A model generated the notes under the pieces. It was not told the DNA's origin, did no database searches, and was given only the letters and a program-made list of their open reading frames with translations. Source: a virus. From it: a stretch of 64,000 nucleotides of DNA. The translations under genes were made by a program, and so were the position numbers. Positions 47,098-55,347 of this stretch are shown one piece after another; position 1 is the first letter of the stretch; each line of letters begins with the position of its first letter. The stretch lies in IMG/VR virus record IMGVR_UViG_3300050014_000619. One strand, given 5' to 3'.

Positions 47098-50000
47098 ATG
47101 ATAGAAAAAATAGCACACCTTGGTGACATTCATATCCGTAAAACACCCACCCGCAATGAAGAATATCAATTAGTATTCGACAGACTAATAAAATCATTAG
47201 AAGTATATAAACCTGATAGGATTGTAATCGTTGGTGATTTAAATCACGATTACATTGATATACAGGGCGAACACCTAATTTTGGCAAGCGAATTTCTTAA
47301 TTCATTAAGTAAAATAGCACCTGTACGTATAACCAGAGGTAATCATGATTGCAGAAAAAAGAATCTAAATAGGACTGATAGTATTAAAGCAATTGTGGAA
47401 ACCCTGCATAATCCAAACGTTAAATATTATGATGAAACGGGATTCTATTATGATGAAAATATTGCATGGGCAGTTTGGCATCATGGTGAATCAAAGAACA
47501 ATCCTTGGAAAACTAAAGTTGGAAAAGAAAATTTAAGAATTAAAGAAGAAGGAACTGAAAAAATTACAATTGATTTATTTCATGACCCCGTTAGTGGCTG
47601 TAAATCCACAACAGGCTTTGAAATGAAAAGTAAGTCATATTACAAGATCGGTGATTTTAAAGGCGATTATTCTTTCTTTGGCGACATTCATAAAATGCAG
47701 TTCTTAGATAAGAAGCATACAAAAGCATATTGTGGGTCACTCATAGCACAGGATGTTTCGGAAGGTGATGATAACTTTCATGGCTTTCTACTTTGGAACA
47801 TAAAGGATGGTTCTGTTGAAGAAATCCAGATACCAAACGACTGGTCATATAAAAATATTTTAATTTCACAATACACCGACTTTGATGATCTGGATTTTGA
47901 AATTCAGAATCCCACAGATCATATGAAAATCAGATTCATCTGGAACACCTTGCCACAAACAAGAACAAAAGAGGCTGAAAGGAAATTAGCTGAATATGTC
48001 AAAGGTAAATATCCTAAAGACAGTATTCAAACAATCTCACAAGCAAATAATTTTATTGAAACCGACAAGATTGATATAAATGAAAATGTTACATTGGAAA
48101 ATATTAGTGACAAAGGTGTTCAACACGAAATATTTAAAGAATACCTTAGTAAAATAGGTATTGAGGATAAAGTCATTACTGATGTTATTGCTCTGGATGA
48201 AGAAATTCTCAAAGAGATTGAGATCACCGATGATCAGAGCATTGAATGGAATGTCGTGAAGTTTGGTGGTAAGAATTTCATGTCATATGAAACTCTGGAT
48301 ATCGACTGGCGTGATAAAGATGGATTATTTCAGATTGTCGGTGAAAACACCGCAGGAAAAACGACCATCATGAAGATTTTAACCTATATTCTCTTTGGCA
48401 AAGCATTGGAAACCGAAACACGTGTTAAATATGGTGACATGCGTTTTGTTAATAACAGGAATGGTGCAAAAAGTTGTGAAGCATACCTTATTATTGAAGC
48501 TAATGGTGAGTATTTTGGAATCAAAAAGAAAACCGAAATAACCAGAACCAAAGGTGGTGAAATTAATGGTGCTCCAACTACATTAAGTTATTTTGCATTA
48601 TCGAATCCTGATGAAGAAATGGATGACAATACTTCATTGGAAAAACTCGATGAAGATCGTAGGGCAAAAACACAGCAGAAAATCGAAGCAATTATTGGCT
48701 CATATGATAACTTCATGCGAATTGTAATGACTACCAGTGATACGCTTAATAGAATACTATCAAATGATATGGCGATCTTTATTGATTCACTGCTCTTTGA
48801 TAGTGGCTTGGATATCTTCGACAAGAAACTCGAAGGCTGGAAGATCGTTAATAAGCGTATCAATGAAAAAAGTAGAATAACTTGTGATGTTGATGGTGTG
48901 ACTTTACAGAATACCGTACTGAGACAGGAAATTCAAACACTTGAAAATGAAGTTGTGAATATTGAAGACGTTATATTACCAGACATACAAAAGAGAATTC
49001 TCACTGGTAGGAAGTACGTGGAAGACCTCACAAAGAAATTATTCAAAATAGACCCTGAAATCTACACGCTAAACACCGAAGACACAAATGAAGAGATTAC
49101 CACTCATGAATTGTCTATAGATGATCTAAACGCACGAGAAGCAGTTTTAAAGCAAAGCATAATTCCGTTGAAACAAAGCTATGATGTAGATAGGCTTAAT
49201 GTGCTCATTCAAAAGAAAGATAGTCATAAAATTGTTGAGTACAATAAAAAATTACAAGTTAAAGCATTGGAACAAATTGTTCGTGATGAAGAGCATGCGA
49301 TTGAAATCATTAATGGCGATATCTTCAGAGCAAAACAAAAGGGTGCTGATTATAAAAAACAAATTCAGGAACTAAAGGAAAGCAAAACCTGTAGTCAATG
49401 TGGACAATTATTAACTGCAGAACATCAGGTACATATAACTGAAAAGATCAAATCAATAGAAGCACTCATGTTTCCTCTTGGTACAGACATTAAAAAATGG
49501 GATGGTGAAGATAAAAAAGTTCATCTGGATAAAATTATAGAAAAAAAGGGTGAAATTGGTCACATTAGGGTTGACATTGAAGCTCATTCCCTTGAAATGG
49601 AAGACATTCTTAAAGAAATTGGTACAATTACAAATGAAAAGAATGATGTTGAAAAACGTGCACAGCTTCAAGCAGAATTAGATCAAATTCCTACAAAAAT
49701 TCTTAATGAAGAACTGCAGATCACCATACTTCAACAAAAAATTGATAACTACGATAACTCATTACTTCAAATTGAAGAGAATCAGAATATTGAAAAGGGT
49801 ATTGCAGCAGCTAAAGTAAAAATAACTACACTCGAAACCGAAGAAAGTAATGAAAAGGAACTAATCTTAATTAAAAAGACCAGTATTGGTGACAAGGAAT
49901 TGAAGATTAGAACTTCTGAACAACTTATAAAGGATTTCAAAGCACAAGAATATCGTGATTTGGTTATGGGACTTTATAAGAAGTGTGTTCATAGGGATGG

Positions 50001-50436
50001 CATACCAAGACAGATGCTTGCCAATTATATTTTACCTAAGATTAATATAACATTGGAAAAGATACTGGCAGTTGCACCGTTTAAGGTTTGGCTTGACCCA
50101 GATGATCTACGTCCTAAATTAGCATATAATAACAGACCAACCTCTGTAATTGATTGTATAAGTGCCAGTGGTAAGGAAAGAACATTCTCCAGTATTGTAT
50201 TGAAGTTTGCATTGAATCAAATCAACGTTAAAGCCAAACCATCAATATTCTTATTGGATGAAATCATGGGTAAACTACTCAATGATAGCGTTGAGGAATT
50301 TATTGAAATACTTCAGTTGATAAAAGGTGGTATGAAGAAAGTATTAGTTATCGAACCTAAAGAAGAAATTAACCCTGACTATCTGATTAAGGTGGAGTTA
50401 GATGATAACGGCATATCCTCATTAGTTCTGGAATAA
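47098..50436 (+). CDS. Fused SbcD (Mre11/gp47) nuclease and SbcC (Rad50/gp46) ATPase
   Basis: GDIH, GD, GNHD, GDIH; Walker A GENTAGKTT; coiled coil with CSQC hook; ASGKE signature; LLDE Walker B. Confidence 0.9.
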   Translation: MIEKIAHLGDIHIRKTPTRNEEYQLVFDRLIKSLEVYKPDRIVIVGDLNHDYIDIQGEHLILASEFLNSLSKIAPVRITRGNHDCRKKNLNRTDSIKAIVETLHNPNVKYYDETGFYYDENIAWAVWHHGESKNNPWKTKVGKENLRIKEEGTEKITIDLFHDPVSGCKSTTGFEMKSKSYYKIGDFKGDYSFFGDIHKMQFLDKKHTKAYCGSLIAQDVSEGDDNFHGFLLWNIKDGSVEEIQIPNDWSYKNILISQYTDFDDLDFEIQNPTDHMKIRFIWNTLPQTRTKEAERKLAEYVKGKYPKDSIQTISQANNFIETDKIDINENVTLENISDKGVQHEIFKEYLSKIGIEDKVITDVIALDEEILKEIEITDDQSIEWNVVKFGGKNFMSYETLDIDWRDKDGLFQIVGENTAGKTTIMKILTYILFGKALETETRVKYGDMRFVNNRNGAKSCEAYLIIEANGEYFGIKKKTEITRTKGGEINGAPTTLSYFALSNPDEEMDDNTSLEKLDEDRRAKTQQKIEAIIGSYDNFMRIVMTTSDTLNRILSNDMAIFIDSLLFDSGLDIFDKKLEGWKIVNKRINEKSRITCDVDGVTLQNTVLRQEIQTLENEVVNIEDVILPDIQKRILTGRKYVEDLTKKLFKIDPEIYTLNTEDTNEEITTHELSIDDLNAREAVLKQSIIPLKQSYDVDRLNVLIQKKDSHKIVEYNKKLQVKALEQIVRDEEHAIEIINGDIFRAKQKGADYKKQIQELKESKTCSQCGQLLTAEHQVHITEKIKSIEALMFPLGTDIKKWDGEDKKVHLDKIIEKKGEIGHIRVDIEAHSLEMEDILKEIGTITNEKNDVEKRAQLQAELDQIPTKILNEELQITILQQKIDNYDNSLLQIEENQNIEKGIAAAKVKITTLETEESNEKELILIKKTSIGDKELKIRTSEQLIKDFKAQEYRDLVMGLYKKCVHRDGIPRQMLANYILPKINITLEKILAVAPFKVWLDPDDLRPKLAYNNRPTSVIDCISASGKERTFSSIVLKFALNQINVKAKPSIFLLDEIMGKLLNDSVEEFIEILQLIKGGMKKVLVIEPKEEINPDYLIKVELDDNGISSLVLE

Positions 50437-50473
50437 ATTATAGTTTTTTACTATTTATTGGTAAAGCATTGAT

Positions 50474-51625
50474 ATGGATTTAAAAAAGTATGATGAGTTA
50501 AAAAAGAAAATTAATACGAAGGATTTCGAAGGCAATAACAAGGCACTGGATAAATGGTGGTTTGGCTTCTCATTCGTGGGGAACATTGGCTCGATTTTCT
50601 TTTCGTATTTTTTACTGTATCCTGCACTGTTAAAAGCAATAAGTATTAATTTGGTTTCGGGTTTTTGGGGAACAGCATTGGCATTTATATTTACAATTGT
50701 TTTTCTTGCGATCTTTGAAATTATTAAAAGATATCTATTCAGAAACTTCAGTAGTGATTATGTTGCAAGTAACAAGAAGCTAACCAAACCAATTATGGGT
50801 TGGCTCATTGCTTCAGTTGCAATAGTCATTTTGAGTTTTTATCTTTCAGTCGTGGGTTCAAGAAATCTTGCAAGCACCAGCACAATAAAAAATGATATTG
50901 CCATCACACAGGTTGATGTACAAAAGGATAGTTTGGCTGTTCAATATGAAAGAAAGAAAAGAACATACGAAGCAGATAATCAGGCGTTACGTGTTGTTAA
51001 TAACAATCTAAGGCAGAATATAGCCCAAACACCTGTTGGTTGGATGTCAATACGTAGGGATTATCAGTCAAGCATTGATAAGAATGTCGAAATAATTAAA
51101 GGCAATCAAAATGAGATAAACAGCATCGATCAACAACTTAAATTGAGAGTCGATGAATTAAAATCGGGTTTAAATGGTACAATTAGTGGAAATGCGACAG
51201 AAGATAGTAGAAATATAATTTTATTTATTATCATTGCAGTATTTTCTGAATTAATAATTATTAGTGGTATATATTTCAGAGAATGGTATGAACATACGCT
51301 TTACGTTCTTAATCAACAAAAGTATGATAAAATACATCAGAGAAAAGATAGATATCGTGCATTACTGACCTTTGTTTATAGTGACGGTAAGCTAACTACT
51401 GGTGATAAAGTTATTAGTGGATTGGATTTAAAAGCAATTGTTGCAGAGAAGACCGCCATACAAAATTCCAATAAATTTGTTGATGAATTTTTAAAGGATA
51501 TGGATAATTTGGGTGTATTTACGACTGTTGGTAAAAGAAGATCAATAGGCTTAACATATAATGAAGCAGTGAATATTGTTGAAAACTATGATGACGCATT
51601 TAGAGTATTAGAAAATATGAAATAA
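50474..51625 (+). CDS. Membrane protein (3+1 TM) with coiled coil
   Basis: Three N-terminal hydrophobic segments, a coiled coil, a fourth TM and a soluble tail. Confidence 0.6.
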   Translation: MDLKKYDELKKKINTKDFEGNNKALDKWWFGFSFVGNIGSIFFSYFLLYPALLKAISINLVSGFWGTALAFIFTIVFLAIFEIIKRYLFRNFSSDYVASNKKLTKPIMGWLIASVAIVILSFYLSVVGSRNLASTSTIKNDIAITQVDVQKDSLAVQYERKKRTYEADNQALRVVNNNLRQNIAQTPVGWMSIRRDYQSSIDKNVEIIKGNQNEINSIDQQLKLRVDELKSGLNGTISGNATEDSRNIILFIIIAVFSELIIISGIYFREWYEHTLYVLNQQKYDKIHQRKDRYRALLTFVYSDGKLTTGDKVISGLDLKAIVAEKTAIQNSNKFVDEFLKDMDNLGVFTTVGKRRSIGLTYNEAVNIVENYDDAFRVLENMK

Positions 51626-51627
51626 TT

Positions 51628-51837
51628 ATGGCACAATTAACAAAAGAACAACAGAAGCAATATGCCGAAGATCATGAAAAGGCAGAACTTATAAAATCAG
51701 CATTAAAAATTGTTGATAAATTAAGCGACATGGATGCAGACGACATCTTTGCTGAAGATGACGAAAGAGAGAAACTGGAAGACTTAATAGAAAAAGCAAA
51801 AAAATTGAAGAAAAACAGATTGTGGAAATTAAATTAA
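51628..51837 (+). CDS. Hypothetical protein
   Basis: 69-aa charged ORF in the operon. Confidence 0.6.
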   Translation: MAQLTKEQQKQYAEDHEKAELIKSALKIVDKLSDMDADDIFAEDDEREKLEDLIEKAKKLKKNRLWKLN

Positions 51838-51843
51838 AACATT

Positions 51844-52320
51844 ATGAGTGAAAAAAGTTTGGAATTAAAAATGATGGAACATGCCGACTACATAGCTGGT
51901 TGGAGTAAAGACCGTAGTACCGTTGTTGGTGCAACAATAGTAAGAGGAAAAAACCCTATCTCAATGGGTGTGAATGGTTTCCCAAGTGGTTGTGATGACA
52001 GCAAGCCTGAGAGACACGAAAGACCGTTGAAGTATGATTGGGTACTTCATGCCGAAGAAAATGCAATCATTAATGCAGCCAAGTATGGTCAAGCTACCAA
52101 TGGTGCTGATATGTACGTAAACTGGTTTCCTTGCGCCAGATGCGCAGGTATGATTGTTCAAGCAGGTATTAAAAGGTTATTTTGTGATAAAGAACCTGAT
52201 TTTGAGAATGTGCAATTCGGTGCAGGTTTCAAATTAGCAATTGAGAAATTAACCGAAGGTGGAGTAGAAATAATATATATGAATTTTGAAGCTCATAGAA
52301 ATGCTAAAGATAGACATTGA
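51844..52320 (+). CDS. dCMP deaminase
   Basis: SKD...VGA...G.NGFP, HAEENAI, PCARC. Confidence 0.9.
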   Translation: MSEKSLELKMMEHADYIAGWSKDRSTVVGATIVRGKNPISMGVNGFPSGCDDSKPERHERPLKYDWVLHAEENAIINAAKYGQATNGADMYVNWFPCARCAGMIVQAGIKRLFCDKEPDFENVQFGAGFKLAIEKLTEGGVEIIYMNFEAHRNAKDRH

Positions 52321-52906
52321 TAAATATAAAATTGATAACAGTAATCATCATATAGCTGAGAATGCCAAGACTCAAATAGTGTTGGGTACAAGTTTACGTA
52401 AAAGTAATTATCATATTACGAGATTACAGCACAAGGACTTCGGTAAATCCAAAAAATGGAGTACATATACTATTACCAGAGAAGGATTAGTATATCAACA
52501 CTTTGAGGACAAATTTCATAGTGATTTTCTCGGAATTAAAGATGCTGATAGAAAAATCATATCGGTTATTCTTGAAAACATGGGTTGTTTATTTAAAACA
52601 CCCACAGATACCTATATTAATTGGCTAAATGAAGTTTGTGAGGAAGTCAATATAACTGAAAAAACATGGCTTGGTTATAATTTCTGGGAAAAATTCGCTG
52701 AACAGCAAATGGAAAGTATTGTATTGCTTTGCAAACAACTTTGTGAAGAACATAATATACCAAAGGTTTGTATGGACTTTCATCATTATCATAAAGATAC
52801 AATCAAATTCAGGGGAATAGTCTTCAGAAGTAATTACATTGAAGACAGTAGCGATATAAATCCACTATTTGATATACAGAAATTTAATGAAATGCTTAAT
52901 AGTTAG
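52301..52906 (+). CDS. Amidase_2 (N-acetylmuramoyl-L-alanine amidase)-like protein with degenerate active site
   Basis: QIVLGTS, TYTITREGLVYQ, SVILEN, QQMESIVLL..L...HNIP, DINP; Zn-binding His residues not evident. Confidence 0.6.
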   Translation: MLKIDIDKYKIDNSNHHIAENAKTQIVLGTSLRKSNYHITRLQHKDFGKSKKWSTYTITREGLVYQHFEDKFHSDFLGIKDADRKIISVILENMGCLFKTPTDTYINWLNEVCEEVNITEKTWLGYNFWEKFAEQQMESIVLLCKQLCEEHNIPKVCMDFHHYHKDTIKFRGIVFRSNYIEDSSDINPLFDIQKFNEMLNS

Positions 52907-52914
52907 TATTTATA
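52906..52914 (+). promoter_or_regulatory. GTATTTATA putative late-promoter motif
   Basis: 22 nt before the ATG at 52928. Confidence 0.65.
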
Positions 52915-52927
52915 CAAAAAGACCGAT

Positions 52928-53443
52928 ATGAATATTAATGATAAGACCACACCAAACCAAATGAGAATACTAATGAAACGTATGCGTACAGGTAATTATG
53001 TTGTTGCAGAAAACAAAGAAACAACAAAACATGAATTATCTATGCGTGACATGTTAAAAATCACACGTACACGTAGTATTAATGAAGACGTTGAAGATCA
53101 GGAAGCCGTTGAGCCAGAGAATAAAAAGACCGCACAAGATCAGGCAAACGAAGAGCAAAAACTCACTGCACGTCTGGGCGATAATGTTGACATAAAATTC
53201 AGTGACTTGGTTGTGACTGACAAATACGTATTTTTCGGTGGTACTGTTAATAATGAATTCATATTCACGTATAAAGTACCGAATAATGAAGAAACTGATG
53301 GTGTGCAATTCAATTATTTCAATAGCTTCAATCCAGATGATGAAGAAAACAAAAGAATAATTAAGGAGATTGAGAATTATTATAATGAATTTGCAGCCTA
53401 CTGGATGCGAAACGCCATTCAAAAATTCGATAATCGAATGTAA
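52928..53443 (+). CDS. Hypothetical protein, possible head-internal protein
   Basis: Duplicated MRxLxKxxR leader; VAE and INE sites. Confidence 0.6.
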   Translation: MNINDKTTPNQMRILMKRMRTGNYVVAENKETTKHELSMRDMLKITRTRSINEDVEDQEAVEPENKKTAQDQANEEQKLTARLGDNVDIKFSDLVVTDKYVFFGGTVNNEFIFTYKVPNNEETDGVQFNYFNSFNPDDEENKRIIKEIENYYNEFAAYWMRNAIQKFDNRM

Positions 53444-53451
53444 TAACTTAT

Positions 53452-53478
53452 AACCGACATGAAAATGTCGGTTTTTTT
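53452..53478 (+). terminator. Intrinsic terminator
   Basis: AACCGACAT-GAAA-ATGTCGGTT plus T-tract. Confidence 0.88.
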
Positions 53479-53486
53479 ATGTTTGA

Positions 53487-53494
53487 GTATTTAT
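53487..53494 (+). promoter_or_regulatory. GTATTTAT putative late-promoter motif
   Basis: 23 nt before the ATG at 53510. Confidence 0.65.
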
Positions 53495-53509
53495 TATAAA
53501 ATATTATAA

Positions 53510-54328
53510 ATGGGAGCACTATTAAAAAAATTATGGACATGGTTATTACAAAAAAATCATATGATTATCGTAATAATCTTATTGTTGTTATTTGGGATGG
53601 GAGCAACAATATATTTTCAGCACAAAAGTATTTTAAATTTAAAAGATAAATATCAAACCGAAGTGAAATTAAAAGATGCTTTGCTTGATAGTAATCATTA
53701 TTACATTAATAAAAGGGGTGAATGGGTTGTAGAAAGACTATCATTGCAAGAATCTCTGAAGAATCTTGAAAAAATGAATGGTCAACTAACTACCAGTCAA
53801 AAAGAAATGCTTGCAAGAATTGAAGACTTAAATAAAAGTAATACCACAATTGCAGCAGCATTGATTAAATCTCAAGTAACAATTGATTCATTATTAAGTC
53901 ATAGCAGTGCAATTATTGATAGCGTAAATAAAAATTTGACATTTCGAGATTCAGTACTTAATAAGAAAAAGGAAGCCATATTTAAATACGATATAACAAT
54001 TAATAAAGCAGTTCCAGCGTTTGCAAGTATTAAGCCAACGATAATGTTTAATAATATAACATTACCAAACACACAATTTATCGAATTTCATTGGAAGAAT
54101 GAAAAGAAAATTGGCTATCCAATTGCATTTAGTGTAACAAACAGTAATGATTTATTTAAAACAACAAATATTGATAGTTATGTAATACCTGAAATAAAGA
54201 AGGAAACAGTAAAACCAAGTTTTTGGAACAATTTAGGTACATTCTTTAATACTACTGGTGGAAAGGTATTATGGTTTGGCATTGGCGGTCTTGCAGGTGC
54301 GGAAGCCTATCATTTATTAACAAAATAA
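53510..54328 (+). CDS. Membrane-anchored coiled-coil protein, spanin-like candidate
   Basis: N-terminal TM, coiled coil, hydrophobic C-terminus. Confidence 0.45.
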   Translation: MGALLKKLWTWLLQKNHMIIVIILLLLFGMGATIYFQHKSILNLKDKYQTEVKLKDALLDSNHYYINKRGEWVVERLSLQESLKNLEKMNGQLTTSQKEMLARIEDLNKSNTTIAAALIKSQVTIDSLLSHSSAIIDSVNKNLTFRDSVLNKKKEAIFKYDITINKAVPAFASIKPTIMFNNITLPNTQFIEFHWKNEKKIGYPIAFSVTNSNDLFKTTNIDSYVIPEIKKETVKPSFWNNLGTFFNTTGGKVLWFGIGGLAGAEAYHLLTK

Positions 54329-54365
54329 TATACTCCGTAAGTGGAGGACAAATTAATATCTTGGG

Positions 54366-54402
54366 GAACGCATATCTTATTTGGTATGCGTTCTTTCTTT
54401 TT
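54366..54402 (+). terminator. Probable intrinsic terminator
   Basis: GAACGCATA...TATGCGTTC followed by TTTCTTTTT. Confidence 0.7.
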
Positions 54403-54413
54403 GAGTTCTGTAA

Positions 54414-54422
54414 GTATTTATA
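54414..54422 (+). promoter_or_regulatory. GTATTTATA putative late-promoter motif
   Basis: 28 nt before the ATG at 54442. Confidence 0.65.
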
Positions 54423-54441
54423 AACAACAGATAAGCGTAAC

Positions 54442-54648
54442 ATGGATAAAACTGAAATAGAAAAAATCGCTCGTGATGAAATTAAGAAATTCGTTAAGGA
54501 TTCTCTTGATAAAGAGGTAAAAAAGGCATTGGGCAGTTCTAATAGTCAGACCAGAGCAGAAATGATTAATACTATCAAGAATGCAATGGAAGCTGTGGTT
54601 AAAGTGTTATGGCAGAAGAAAGATTTCTGGCGTTCTGATATTAAATAA
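54442..54648 (+). CDS. Small helical hypothetical protein
   Basis: 68 aa; IEKIARDEIKKF motif. Confidence 0.6.
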   Translation: MDKTEIEKIARDEIKKFVKDSLDKEVKKALGSSNSQTRAEMINTIKNAMEAVVKVLWQKKDFWRSDIK

Positions 54649-54658
54649 TCTAAATGTT

Positions 54659-55312
54659 ATGAACACAAGAAGTGAATATGATAAGGATTATTATTTAAAG
54701 AATAAAGAAAAGAAAAAAGAACGAGAGAAAAAACGTTATTTAAATAATAAAGAAAACGTTAAAGAAAAAAGAAGAAATGATTATTTAAATAATAAAGCAA
54801 TAATTACCGAAAGAGTTAATAAATATTATTTAAACAATATCGAAAAAATTAGTCTTTATAAAAAAGATTATCGTACAAAAAATTCTGAAAGTATAAAAAA
54901 ATATCGTTTAACTCATAAAGAAAATTTAAGAGTATATTATAACAATAAATATGCCACAGATATTTCATATAAACTGAGTCATTGCATAAGATGCTTAATT
55001 AATGATTCTCTGAAAGAAGTACATCATAAGAAAACATCAAAAACTCAAGATATTTTAGGGTGTACATATAGTGAATTTAAAACATATTTGGAATCGAAAT
55101 TCGAACCTTGGATGAATTGGTCAAATCATGGGAACTGGAATGGTTGTCCGCAAAAAATAAATACCGCATGGGACATCGATCATATTGTACCAATATCTTC
55201 AGCAAGAAATGAAGAAGAAATAATGAAATTAAATCACTACACGAATCTTCAACCGCTTTGCTCATATACTAACAGGCATATTAAATGTAATATCATTAAT
55301 TTTACTGAATAA
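54659..55312 (+). CDS. HNH homing endonuclease
   Basis: YYLxNKE repeats; LGC...F..WM.W.N.G; WDIDHIVP...HYTNLQPLC...N; likely ATG at 54659. Confidence 0.8.
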   Translation: MNTRSEYDKDYYLKNKEKKKEREKKRYLNNKENVKEKRRNDYLNNKAIITERVNKYYLNNIEKISLYKKDYRTKNSESIKKYRLTHKENLRVYYNNKYATDISYKLSHCIRCLINDSLKEVHHKKTSKTQDILGCTYSEFKTYLESKFEPWMNWSNHGNWNGCPQKINTAWDIDHIVPISSARNEEEIMKLNHYTNLQPLCSYTNRHIKCNIINFTE

Positions 55313-55316
55313 ATTA

Positions 55317-55325
55317 GTATTTATA
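55317..55325 (+). promoter_or_regulatory. GTATTTATA putative late-promoter motif
   Basis: 31 nt before the ATG at 55348. Confidence 0.65.
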
Positions 55326-55347
55326 TAAAACGTATACGTAAAGTAAA

